Shown here piece by piece: positions 40,947 to 49,902 of a stretch of DNA of 64,000 bases (position 1 is its first letter; the number at the start of each line of letters is the position of its first letter). Position numbers and translations under genes: made by a program. The notes under the pieces are model-generated. The model did not search any database, was not told the origin of the DNA, and saw nothing but the letters and a program-made list of their open reading frames with translations. Location of the stretch: the IMG/VR virus record IMGVR_UViG_3300037137_003071; one strand, given 5' to 3'. Source of the stretch: an uncultured virus (IMG/VR IMGVR_UViG_3300037137_003071) (Duplodnaviria; Heunggongvirae; Uroviricota; Caudoviricetes).

Positions 40947-41686
40947 CGCCATGAAGCTGCGCTGGGACGGAGACGATCGGATCATGCGGGGCGCCACGGC
41001 GCTTGACTGCCTGCGCTACCACTGCCACGGCGACCACAGCGCCGCGGCCCAGCGTGGCGACGTTGATGGCGTGATGAAGCGCCTCGCTGATACCTTCCAG
41101 CTCGATCCGTCCTACGCGGCGCTGCCGACCTTGGAGGAGCGCGCCGCGGGCTTCGTGAAGATCGCTCGCGATCAGAAGCTGCTCGTGGACGTGCCCTGAC
41201 GTGCTGACGATCAAGCTCACGCCGGGACAGCGGAGCGCGGTCGAGATCTATGTAACCGATCCGGCACACGCCGAGGACTTCCCTGAGGCGTCGCTCCACG
41301 GATCGATCTTGAGCTTCGATAGCAGCATCGACCGCGCGTCCGGGATCCTGATCGAGGCCGTCAACAGCGCAGATGTCGGAGACGGGCGAACGCCCGACCA
41401 CGGCGCGGTCAAGGCGCTCTCCAACGTGCTCGACAAGCTGCGGAAGCAGCGTGCGAGCTGAAAGTGTCGGGTGCTGACGTGAAGGAGATCGAGCGTTGTG
41501 AAGCATGCGATCGAGAGCGCCCACCTGAAATGACGGAACAATGGACGTGGATCTGGTCGGCAGCGGCCAGGCGTGCTCTCTGTTTCTGCCCCGTCTGCTC
41601 GGCGAAGCTCCCGTCCCCCTCGGACGATACTCGGCCGATGTCCTGACCACGGCGGCTCTGTCAGCCCCTCGGCGTACGCTCTCGTC

Positions 41687-41986
41687 ATGGCCAAGAAGCA
41701 GACCCGCCGCAGCGTCTCGCTCAACCGGAGCGACTATGAAGCTGCCAAGCTGGAAGCCGCCCGCCGGGGCATGACGCTCTCCGGGCTCGTCGAGACCGGG
41801 CTCGCTGCCCTTGGTGTCCCGGTGGTCGCACACCCCCAGCAGACGCCTGCCCTGGTGCAGGCGAGCGCAGCCCGCCGGGCCGCGAGCACGGCATCGCGGC
41901 GCGTGCCCCGCGTCCCACCGCGGCGGCCGTCGCGAGAGCGCCAGCTGCTTGGCGACCAGGTCGCAGACGCCTGCGGCTTTCAGTGA
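41687..41986 (+). CDS. Ribbon-helix-helix-like protein
   Basis: RSVSL...Y...K.EA.RRGMTLSGLVE. Confidence 0.55.
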   Translation: MAKKQTRRSVSLNRSDYEAAKLEAARRGMTLSGLVETGLAALGVPVVAHPQQTPALVQASAARRAASTASRRVPRVPPRRPSRERQLLGDQVADACGFQ

Positions 41987-42174
41987 CCCAGCAAGATCTC
42001 AACAAGCGGCGGGCGTTGATCGTCCGCCGCTGGTCCGCGTATCGTGTTGGACGGGCGCAGCGCGAGATCTGGCGCAACAAGCGCCGCCAGACGGCCGAGG
42101 TCGACGTCGACGAGGTCGTTGGCGAGGACGGCTTGTTGGCGGATCTGCCCGAGGGTCTGTTAGGCTGAAGGTCC

Positions 42175-42675
42175 ATGAAGGATAAGCCTGCCGTCTCGAG
42201 TCCCATCCACGTTGTCGACGGCGACGGCTGGATCGGCTTTGACAGCCGCCAGGGACGCCTGCTTGCCGGCGAGGTGAACCGGACCGGCGAAGTCATGCCG
42301 GCAGGGTTCGTCGCGATCGAGTCCAAGCCGCAGATGCCGTTCCGGGGGCAGCGGTTGTTCGTGCATCAGCCGATCGCCTCGTCGTTCCTGATCCACTCGG
42401 TGCGCGTCGGTCGGATGGAGACGACGGTGGCGTGCGCGCCGATCCCGGCGGATGCCTTCGCGACGCACATGGACGCGCTCGCGCAGATCGACGAGATGTT
42501 CGCCCGCGACAAGGTCATCGAGCTCAAGGTCGGCAAGACCGCGGCCGAGCTGCTCGGATCGCCGTGGACGCTTCCACTCGCGCAGATCGGCATCGAGATC
42601 ACGTTCTCCGTCGAGAACATCGGCGATCGGCCCCTGCGCTTCCTCGCCGGCATGCTCGGCAAGGTTCCACGGTGA
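42175..42675 (+). CDS. Beta-rich hypothetical protein (jelly-roll candidate)
   Basis: Alternating hydrophobic strands PQMPFRGQRLFV, FLIHSVRVG, ITFSVEN. Confidence 0.55.
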   Translation: MKDKPAVSSPIHVVDGDGWIGFDSRQGRLLAGEVNRTGEVMPAGFVAIESKPQMPFRGQRLFVHQPIASSFLIHSVRVGRMETTVACAPIPADAFATHMDALAQIDEMFARDKVIELKVGKTAAELLGSPWTLPLAQIGIEITFSVENIGDRPLRFLAGMLGKVPR

Positions 42676-42883
42676 GCTTCGACGCGTGCTCCTGCTGCGG
42701 TCGCCGGGACGGCCTGACCACCGGCGGCTGCGTCTACTGCGCGGCGCGGACGTACTGCGCGTGCGGGCAGCTCGTGGGGTGCGGGTGCGGGCGATCGTTC
42801 TCGATGCACGCGTGTCCCAGCGTCGTGTTCGTCGGCTTGTTCGAGCCGATCCCGACGCTGCCTCTCGCGGAGGTCCCGTCACC

Positions 42884-43414
42884 GTGAGCGAAGCGTCGGC
42901 GATTCTTCGCGCGTCTGCGACCGCGCTCGCGCGGCGTGCTTCAGGGAACTTCATCGGCGTGGTGCTCTACGTCCCTATGGGAGGTCAGTCCACGTCCCCG
43001 TGGTGGAGCATGTCGGCGTTCCCGCGTTCCGAGGCACTCGAGGAGTGGTACGAGGAGATCGCTCCTTCCGCGCCCCTCTTCTACTACATCGCCGCGTTCG
43101 ACAAGGCACGCAGCTCATTGCCTGTGGGTGAATCGATCGCCCCGCCCAAACCCGGCGATCCTGACTTCAACCTCGTCGTCACGGATCGGTGGAGGCATTC
43201 ACCGTTCAAAAAGCCAATCGGATCTCCAGTCTCGGGCGAGACCGAAACGCGTGGTAGCAGTGCTGCGGATATCGCGAAGACCTTCGCGCTCTTCGCGGTG
43301 TTCGCGATCCCGGCGGGGCTTATCATCTCGAAGACGAAGGAGCGGAAGCAGCTCCGAGAGCAGAAGTCATCGTTCCAGCGGCTTGGCTTGGATTGGAACC
43401 AGAGGTATCGCTAA
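42884..43414 (+). CDS. Membrane-anchored protein sharing a W-x-Y..Y.AAF domain with 3296..5926
   Basis: EEWYEE...YYIAAFDK; VSG linker; C-terminal TM. Confidence 0.6.
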   Translation: MSEASAILRASATALARRASGNFIGVVLYVPMGGQSTSPWWSMSAFPRSEALEEWYEEIAPSAPLFYYIAAFDKARSSLPVGESIAPPKPGDPDFNLVVTDRWRHSPFKKPIGSPVSGETETRGSSAADIAKTFALFAVFAIPAGLIISKTKERKQLREQKSSFQRLGLDWNQRYR

Positions 43415-43417
43415 GCC

Positions 43418-43882
43418 GTGTCGCGTAGCGAGATCCTTCCGAATCTCTTCGTCGGCAGCAAGCCCTCACCCGGCCGCCACGAGGGCATCGACACGATCAT
43501 TTTGGCCGCGATGGAGTACCAGCCACCGGCCGACCTGTTCCCCGGCACGGAAGTGATCCATGTGCCCCTCGACGACGCGCCGGATCGGCCCATGCGCGAG
43601 GACGAGATCACCGCCGCGACGAAGGCGGCGGGGCGCGTGGCGCGTCGACTGCGGGCCGGTCGTCGGGTGCTCGCTACCTGTCAGATGGGCCTTAACCGAT
43701 CGGCGCTCGTCGCCGCGCTGGCGATGCACGAGGTCTATGGCATGAATGCCGACGAGATCATCGCGCGGCTCCGTCGCGCGCGCGGCGCGTGGTCGCTCTC
43801 GAACCCGAACTTCGAGCGGCTGCTGCGTACCGTGATCGATGTGCGACGTGGCTCCGCAGTCGCGCACGTCATTGCAAGATGA
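43418..43882 (+). CDS. Dual-specificity protein phosphatase-like protein
   Basis: EILPNLFVGS, PLDD, CQMGLNRS (CX5R), R..R....NP.F. Confidence 0.85.
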   Translation: MSRSEILPNLFVGSKPSPGRHEGIDTIILAAMEYQPPADLFPGTEVIHVPLDDAPDRPMREDEITAATKAAGRVARRLRAGRRVLATCQMGLNRSALVAALAMHEVYGMNADEIIARLRRARGAWSLSNPNFERLLRTVIDVRRGSAVAHVIAR

Positions 43883-44247
43883 TGATGAAGCGCCGTCGCG
43901 TCCTCACGATGCGAGCCCACGTCTCGAGGAAGTGCGCGACGGAATCTGGATCCGACGGATCGACTTCGATCCGATCCGCGAGCAGTGGTTCAGCCAGCGG
44001 TTTCGTCGGCACGCGGGCTTCCGAGTCACCGGGGCCTGGCGGCGGATCACGAAGTGATCGGACGCCGTGATGTCGTTCGACGGCGTCGTGCGCGCACGGA
44101 AAGGCGAGATCGTCTGCGCCGCAGGCCGCACAGCTCTTGCCCGCGCACATCGCGCAGCCATCAACGGTGCACGTTTTCATGATCCATTGCTCGTTCCGCG
44201 CGGCTCCCGCGCGATCGCGTTGTCACCAACGGGTCTACAATAACTCG

Positions 44248-44718
44248 ATGCGCATTGAGATCGCCAGAATCGCGTCAGACCTCGTACAGCAGCGGCGATC
44301 GGAGTTCCTTCACGACGTGTCTCTGCCGCTGTCCGTGCGCGGCATGATCAATGTTCACCTCGAGAAGCCGTGGATCGCGGACTACTGGTCGGTCGCGATC
44401 CGCGCGCCGAAGGCGAGCAGCGAGAGCTACTTCGATTTCCCGATCGGCTTCGCGGAAGACAGCACGTCCTGGTTCTTTCCATCGCGACAGTGGTGGATCG
44501 CCCACGCGCAGGCGAGTCATCCACCGACGGGCATCGGATGTGACGTCGAGATACACACGAAGTTCTTGTCGAGTGAGGGATCTGCTCACGAGTTCGACTA
44601 CGCGACGGTCTTTCGCGACGGTCGGCTCAACATCCTGGGGCGCGTGGACTTTGTCGAGGAGTGTGCGTGGTGGACGCGCGCCTTCGGCTCCGCGCCACAG
44701 GAGGAGCAGACGCCGTGA
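44248..44718 (+). CDS. Hypothetical protein
   Basis: ORF with coding-like composition. Confidence 0.45.
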   Translation: MRIEIARIASDLVQQRRSEFLHDVSLPLSVRGMINVHLEKPWIADYWSVAIRAPKASSESYFDFPIGFAEDSTSWFFPSRQWWIAHAQASHPPTGIGCDVEIHTKFLSSEGSAHEFDYATVFRDGRLNILGRVDFVEECAWWTRAFGSAPQEEQTP

Positions 44719-44833
44719 AGATCATTGACGCCCGATCGGGCGAGGTCATGACGCTCGGTAAGGCTGTGACCTACGGTGACGGCGAGAAGATCCGACTCGT
44801 CGACGTCGACGTGTGCCGGGCCTTCATCCCGAG

Positions 44834-45316
44834 CTAGCGATCCGGCTCCTCTGGCGGCTTGGGCGGTGGCTTGGGCGGCTTGGGCAGCGGCACGTCGACC
44901 GGCGTGACTTCTTCGTCTGACGCGGCGACGACCGTGTCGGCGTCCACGTCGTCGGCGACGTCGGCGACATCGAACTTGACGACGTCGCGCGTGGTCGTTC
45001 GCGGGATCTCCGCGAGCGGCACGCGGACCAGCGGCACCATATCGCCGGTCGAGGTCCGTGCCGGCGTAACGTCGTCCTCGTCGAGAAACGGCGCCATCAC
45101 CAGGTGGAGCACGCGCTGCGGATGATCGGGGACGTCGACGAGGACGAACAGATCCCGTCCGGATCCCTGACGAAGGCCGGGCAGGCGCCCGAGGCGGCGC
45201 ATGTCGTCGATCTCCTCCCAGATCTCGACGATCGCGTCATGCGCGATCGTCGTTTCGGCCGTCGACAAGAACTTGCCCGTCTGCCGGAAGTAGCTGAGCT
45301 GGACCTTGTAGGGCAC
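44834..45316 (-). CDS. Hypothetical protein
   Basis: YF..TGKF N-terminus, acidic/Pro-rich tail. Confidence 0.55.
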   Translation of the reverse strand: MPYKVQLSYFRQTGKFLSTAETTIAHDAIVEIWEEIDDMRRLGRLPGLRQGSGRDLFVLVDVPDHPQRVLHLVMAPFLDEDDVTPARTSTGDMVPLVRVPLAEIPRTTTRDVVKFDVADVADDVDADTVVAASDEEVTPVDVPLPKPPKPPPKPPEEPDR

Positions 45317-45441
45317 TACGCTGCACGCTATCGCGGTCTGCGCTCAAGCGCGAATCTTGTGCCGTGGTGAGGCAGATCTGCTTCCATCCCAGATGGTGCT
45401 GACCCGTCGTCAGACGGGCGTGGTAGACCTTTCAGGTCGCG

Positions 45442-46011
45442 ATGACGTCAGCGCTGTCGGAAGTTCCGCGCATCTACACGTCCTTCGCCGAGTTCGAGCG
45501 CGAGGAACTTCTCCGACTGGGGTTGGATTCGATGCCCGTGCCGGCGCCTGTGCCGATCATCGACAAGCCAATCATCGAAGACTTGCATCCCGTACTACGG
45601 CCAGCCACCACGCCCACGACACCACGCCCGGTCACCCGCGGTGTCACACCCGCGTCACTGCGCGCGGAGGGCATCCTCGAGATCGGCGGCGCGACGGGAA
45701 CGAGCGTCTTGTTCGTGCGGACGCGCGCGAAGCTCCACCTGTTCCATTCGACCTCCTTGCCCGATCGAGCACTTGACGACTACGCGGTGGCGCTGGCCGT
45801 GAACTGGATCGAGGGTCATGGGTTGCCGAGCTACGAGGTCGCACGAAATCTCGGCGTCAGCGAGAGCGCGCTCAGAAAGGCACTCGTGAGCGCGGGCTAC
45901 GAGCGCGTCACCCCGGCGCAGCACGAGGCACTCACTCACGCGCGAGCTGCACGCAGGTTCGGCAATCGACGCGGGCGTCTCGCTCGTGTGAGCGCTCACG
46001 CGAGTGTTTGA
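45442..46011 (+). CDS. Hypothetical protein with HTH-like segment
   Basis: EVARNLGVSESALRK. Confidence 0.5.
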   Translation: MTSALSEVPRIYTSFAEFEREELLRLGLDSMPVPAPVPIIDKPIIEDLHPVLRPATTPTTPRPVTRGVTPASLRAEGILEIGGATGTSVLFVRTRAKLHLFHSTSLPDRALDDYAVALAVNWIEGHGLPSYEVARNLGVSESALRKALVSAGYERVTPAQHEALTHARAARRFGNRRGRLARVSAHASV

Positions 46012-46552
46012 GACGAGTATAGTTTCGTCGATCGTGGGCGCGACGGTGGTGCGGGGTGATCACCTCGCCATCCAGCAGGTCATTGACTTCGCCGCGCGGC
46101 CACGCTAGCCTTCTCTTCGTAGAGAACCTCATGTCGATCGCATCCGCATCCACGAGAGTCACAAGGCGCCAAGTCGGCGTCATGGGACATGCGTGCGCGC
46201 GCCGCGATTGGGCCGGCCAGGCGAACTTCGCCGGCCAGGGGACCGTCGTGGGTATCAAGCGCGAGCCGCAGCCCAAGACGTACGAAGGGAAGGCTCCAGA
46301 CTCGTAGACCAGGCTGAAACAGCCGAAACGATCTGGAGCCGCCCTGGGAAACAACCCCTCGGCGGCTTTCTCGTTTTCGGGCGTGCAGACCGGCGTGGCT
46401 CCGGGCGTGGTTGTAACCCACGCATGCTCTGCATCATCTCGGTTCGATTCCGAGCGCGCCCACGAAAGGAACGTGATGACGACGAAGACGAAGACGATGA
46501 CGATGACGAAGACGATGACGCGACTCAAACGCTCGACCACGCAACCCATCCT

Positions 46553-46624
46553 GGGCTCGTGGCGTAATGGCAGCGCACGCGGCTTTTAACCGCTGAGGTG
46601 AGAGTTCAAATCTCTCCGAGCTCA
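46553..46624 (+). tRNA. tRNA-Lys(UUU)
   Basis: Cloverleaf folded by hand. Confidence 0.88.
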
Positions 46625-46635
46625 CTACAGATCGA

Positions 46636-46706
46636 TCAGGGTTCGTCCAACGGTAGGACCTGCGCCTCTGGAGCGCATGACGAGGGTTCGAGTCCTTCAC
46701 CCTGAA
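46636..46706 (+). tRNA. tRNA-Gln(CUG)
   Basis: Cloverleaf, U1-A72. Confidence 0.9.
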
Positions 46707-46855
46707 CTGCGGCCGACTGCATCGCGCGTGAATCGACGGTCCCCCGAGCACAGCGCTCACAGTGGGACGCCAGCGACACGGCGAGGACGGGGCAGATGAC
46801 AACCGAATAGTTGACGACGATGACGCGGTCGCGGCATGTAGCGCGATCGCAAATT

Positions 46856-46928
46856 GCCCAGACAGCTTGCGTGGTGCAAGCGCTCCGCTGAAGACGGAGA
46901 GATGATCGTTCAACTCGATCTCTGGGCA
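46856..46928 (+). tRNA. tRNA-Phe(GAA)
   Basis: Cloverleaf. Confidence 0.85.
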
Positions 46929-46935
46929 CGCGTAC

Positions 46936-47064
46936 GCCGGAAAAGCCACGTGGTGTGGCACTTCTCTATCAAAGAAGAAAATTCCCAGCTTCGATACTCG
47001 TCGCGCTTGCGCGACATCCTTCGATGCTCACAAGCAAAGGTTGGTTCGACTCCAGCTTCCGGCG
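46936..47064 (+). ncRNA. tRNA-chimeric RNA E1 (Asp-like body, AUC anticodon, ~60-nt module in variable arm)
   Basis: GCCGGAA/TTCCGGC stem, D, anticodon and T arms, plus CC..ACTC..ATCC..CACAAGC module. Confidence 0.8.
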
Positions 47065-47152
47065 CGATGAAGAACGATCTTTCTGCTCGGGGTGCGAACG
47101 CACGCTGCGCATGAAGGCAACCGTCCTTCTGATTCTCTTCTGATTCTCTTCT

Positions 47153-47287
47153 GGGCGAAGACGCTCCACGGTGGGGCACTTGACTATGGATCAAGCAAAC
47201 AACCGACAACAATACTCGCCGCGTTCACGCGTGGCATCCGTTGCGTGTCTACAAGCAAAGTTGGTTCGACTCCAACCTTCGCCCCCA
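47153..47287 (+). ncRNA. tRNA-chimeric RNA E2 (His-like body, AUG anticodon, module in variable arm, CCA end)
   Basis: G-1:C73, encoded CCA, CCGACA..ACTC..ATCC..TGTCTACAAGC module. Confidence 0.82.
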
Positions 47288-47299
47288 ATTTCCGTACTC

Positions 47300-47371
47300 G
47301 CCTCCGTAGCTCTAATGCAGAGCACTCGGCTCTTAACCGATGGGTTGTCAGTTCAAGTCTGACCGGGGGCA
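47300..47371 (+). tRNA. tRNA-Lys(CUU)
   Basis: Cloverleaf. Confidence 0.85.
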
Positions 47372-47486
47372 CGCGCGGGTCGTCAAAGCTCTCCTATGCA
47401 GACGACATCTTGCCCGGCACTTTGAGACCGCAGGCGCAGAAGCCCCATGCCGGGGAATAACTGGGGCTCAGGGAGAGCAACTTTTT

Positions 47487-47558
47487 CGAGGTGTGGCCTA
47501 ACGGTAAGGCACGGCGTTTGGGACGCTGGGATTGGAGGTTCGATTCCTCTCACCTCGA
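47487..47558 (+). tRNA. tRNA-Pro(UGG)
   Basis: Cloverleaf, C1-G72, A73. Confidence 0.9.
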
Positions 47559-47672
47559 CGAGAAGCGCGGGCATCCGAGAGCCCGGGCCGGCGATCACGC
47601 GTGATCGCCGTAGCAACGATGAGACGTTCGAGCTTCCAGCACGAGCGGTTGAAACGCGACTCGGGCTCCTTT

Positions 47673-47743
47673 GCGGCGGAAGTGTTGTGGTGACACGTCG
47701 GCTTGCCAAGCCGGAATCACGGGTTCGATTCCCGTTCGCCGCT
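47673..47743 (+). tRNA. tRNA-Gly(GCC)
   Basis: Cloverleaf, U73. Confidence 0.88.
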
Positions 47744-47756
47744 CGATGAGACGTTT

Positions 47757-47827
47757 GCCCTCGTAGCACGACGGTCGTGCATCGGTTTCGTGAACCGGAG
47801 GTTCGAGTTCAATTCTCGACGAGGGCT
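47757..47827 (+). tRNA. tRNA-Thr(CGU)
   Basis: Cloverleaf. Confidence 0.85.
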
Positions 47828-47832
47828 CTGAT

Positions 47833-47905
47833 GCCGGTGTGGCCGAGCTGGTTAGGCAGCCGCCCTGTAAGCGGACACACGCGGGTTCAACTCCTGCCGC
47901 CGGCT
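47833..47905 (+). tRNA. tRNA-Thr(UGU), C33
   Basis: Cloverleaf, loop CC-TGT-AA. Confidence 0.8.
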
Positions 47906-47941
47906 CTGGTAGAACGCGTGTGTTAATCTGACCGTCCTTCG

Positions 47942-48373
47942 ATGAAGAATGGTCCGTACGAACTTGTGATAGCTCCACCGGACTATCCTGGTTTCAAGTA
48001 TCGCGGACGCTACGTATACGAGCATCAGCTCGTGTGGTGGCAACGAACCGGCAAGCTCGTGCCGAAGGGCTACGTGGTGCATCACAAGAACAAGCAGCGA
48101 CGTGACAATCGCTTTCGTAACCTTGAGCTGAAACCGTCCCTGACCCATACGCGTGAGCACAGCCAAGCTCGTCGAGTGTTGCCGGTCATCTTGGAATGCC
48201 CTGTTTGCGAGAAGAAGTTCCCGATCGTGGCCAGGACCTATCGTTACAGGAGGCGCCAAGGTCAGACCAAGTTTCGCTGCTCGCGCTCGTGTCAGGTACG
48301 AGCGCAGCAACGTGAGTTACGTGAAAAGAGGGCTTCAAGCAAACTGGCGATGCGGCGGTCCGTTAAACCGTAA
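47942..48373 (+). CDS. HNH homing endonuclease (HNH_3-like) with C-terminal Zn finger
   Basis: YVYEH..V, VVHHKN....DNR..NL, CPVC..F...FRCSRSC. Confidence 0.85.
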   Translation: MKNGPYELVIAPPDYPGFKYRGRYVYEHQLVWWQRTGKLVPKGYVVHHKNKQRRDNRFRNLELKPSLTHTREHSQARRVLPVILECPVCEKKFPIVARTYRYRRRQGQTKFRCSRSCQVRAQQRELREKRASSKLAMRRSVKP

Positions 48374-48401
48374 GAGCTGGGTTCGATCCCCAGGGAGCCC
48401 G
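48330..48401 (+). tRNA. tRNA-Asn(GUU), C33
   Basis: Cloverleaf, G73; overlaps HNH 3' end. Confidence 0.82.
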
Positions 48402-48413
48402 CGAATGCAAAAC

Positions 48414-48485
48414 GCGAACGTGTTGTATTGGTCGCATGCGGGCCTTCCAAGCCCTGCGGTGAGGGTTCGAGTCCCTTCGTTCGCT
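48414..48485 (+). tRNA. tRNA-Gly(UCC)
   Basis: Cloverleaf, U73. Confidence 0.85.
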
Positions 48486-48492
48486 CGATGAT

Positions 48493-48564
48493 GCGCGCGT
48501 AGATCAGAGGCAGATCGCCAGCTCGACACGCTGGAGCTCGCAGGTTCGATTCCTGCCGCGCGTA
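48493..48564 (+). tRNA. tRNA-Val(GAC), C33
   Basis: Cloverleaf. Confidence 0.85.
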
Positions 48565-48569
48565 CGACG

Positions 48570-48863
48570 CTACGAGGCCGGCACTGCTCCAATGATCTGG
48601 CCGGTCACCTTCTCGGCGCGGGTCTCAAGTTCTCGCCGTGCTTCGTCGAGTTCAGCGCGCAGCGATCCCGCCTCGCGACGAGCTTCTTCGAGCTGCGCAC
48701 GCAGCGCGACGACTTCCTCGTTCGGTCCCTGCGGTGGAGGTGACACGCTCGCGACCTTCAGTTGATCGATCTCGGTGAGCAACCACTCGTGATAGGCGAT
48801 CCCGCATTCGCATACGAGGGCGAAGACCTTGCTGGTGGCTCTCCAGTGATGCTCGTGTTCCAT
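48570..48863 (-). CDS. Small coiled-coil protein with Cys/His N-terminus
   Basis: ORF fills the spacer between two tRNAs. Confidence 0.5.
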   Translation of the reverse strand: MEHEHHWRATSKVFALVCECGIAYHEWLLTEIDQLKVASVSPPPQGPNEEVVALRAQLEEARREAGSLRAELDEARRELETRAEKVTGQIIGAVPAS

Positions 48864-48882
48864 GACCCCGATGGTACTTCTT

Positions 48883-48955
48883 GTCGTGTTCGTCCAGTGG
48901 CCCAGGACTCCGGCTTCTCACGCCGGCAACGCGGGTTCGATCCCCGCACACGACG
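48883..48955 (+). tRNA. tRNA-Glu(CUC)
   Basis: Cloverleaf. Confidence 0.9.
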
Positions 48956-48963
48956 CGATCGAT

Positions 48964-49036
48964 GTCTCTGTAGCTCAACAGATAGAGCGCTCGGCTACGG
49001 ACCGAGAGGCTGAGGGTGCAAGTCCTTCCAGAGACG
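48964..49036 (+). tRNA. tRNA-Arg(ACG)
   Basis: Cloverleaf, T-loop TGCAAGT. Confidence 0.85.
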
Positions 49037-49119
49037 CTAGCGGCTCGCGTGCACGTGGGCAGCTCGCGATGGTGTCCCACCACCACCGCGATGACTGGTG
49101 CACGCAGCCCTTCTTTCAT

Positions 49120-49189
49120 AGGACGCGCGAGATGGTCTCGCCACGGTCTCCAAAGCCGTCGGGACAGGGTTCGATTCCCTGGCGTCCTG
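49120..49189 (+). tRNA. tRNA-Trp(CCA), reduced D arm
   Basis: A1-U72, G73, good anticodon and T arms. Confidence 0.75.
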
Positions 49190-49201
49190 CTCACCCGTTA
49201 C

Positions 49202-49301
49202 GCCGCATGCGCGCCAGAGCGCTGCCCCATCGAGGCGAAAGCCAGGAGGTGCACCTCCCTTTTCGACGGGTGTCATGGTGAGAGCCCATGGTGCGGCACC
49301 A
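49202..49301 (+). ncRNA. tRNA-like RNA family 2, copy A
   Basis: GCCGCAT/GTGCGGC-ACCA, T-like arm, GGC-GAAA-GCC and GGAGGTGCACCTCC hairpins. Confidence 0.65.
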
Positions 49302-49387
49302 ATTTCACGTGGTCTTGGCCTCGCGGACGGCGAACGCGGGGAGGAAGCCAAAGCGCAGCCGGGTGAAAGTCCTGGAGACCACGCCTT

Positions 49388-49459
49388 CGCAGCGACCAGG
49401 GGATCTGGACGACGGTTTCATAAGCCGTGCGGGGTGCGGTTCAAGTCCGCCCGCTGCGA
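49388..49459 (+). tRNA. tRNA-Met(CAU)-like, atypical D arm
   Basis: CGCAGCG/CGCTGCG stem, TT-CAT-AA loop. Confidence 0.7.
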
Positions 49460-49493
49460 CGACTGCTGGTTCGGGACTGGTAGAATTGTCCCG

Positions 49494-49841
49494 ATGCCGT
49501 TCGCGTCGCTCAAGGAGAAGCAGGCTTACCAGCGCACGCATTACGCGAAGAATCGAAAGCGCTACCTTCAACGAAAGAAACGCTGCCGCGCCGCGCACTA
49601 TGAGAGGAACAAGCGCGTTCTCATCGAGGCCAAGAAAGGGGGCTGCGTCGACTGCACGAAGTAGTTTCGGCACTGGGTGCTTCAATTCGATCACGTGCGT
49701 GGGCGTAAGCTCGGCAACGTGTGCGAGATGCTGGACGAGTCTGAGAAGCGGCTTCGGAAGGAGATTGCGAAGTGCGAAGTGGTTTGCGCCAACTGTCACG
49801 CAGATCGAACGTATCAACGGGGTGTGGCTCAATCTGGTTAG
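49494..49841 (+). pseudogene. HNH endonuclease interrupted by an in-frame TAG at 49662
   Basis: CVDC * ...LQFDHV...EIAKCEVVCANCH continues in the same frame. Confidence 0.8.
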
Positions 49842-49892
49842 AGCGCTCGGTTCGGGACCGAGAGACTGGTGGTTCAAATCCACTCACCCCGA
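49818..49892 (+). tRNA. tRNA-Pro(CGG)
   Basis: Canonical cloverleaf. Confidence 0.92.
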
Positions 49893-49902
49893 CGAAATTC
49901 AT

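Noticed and set aside
47127..47152. Short direct repeat TTCTGATTCTC x2 before E2
   Set aside because: Only two copies; likely slippage duplication
46936..47287. E1/E2 as tmRNA, tRNA-Sec or intron-containing tRNAs
   Set aside because: Too short for tmRNA with no tag ORF or G3-U70; no UCA anticodon; inserts lie in the variable arm and lack group I or bulge-helix-bulge features
49662..49664. Genome-wide amber recoding
   Set aside because: Many genes end cleanly at TAG and no CUA tRNA was found in the window
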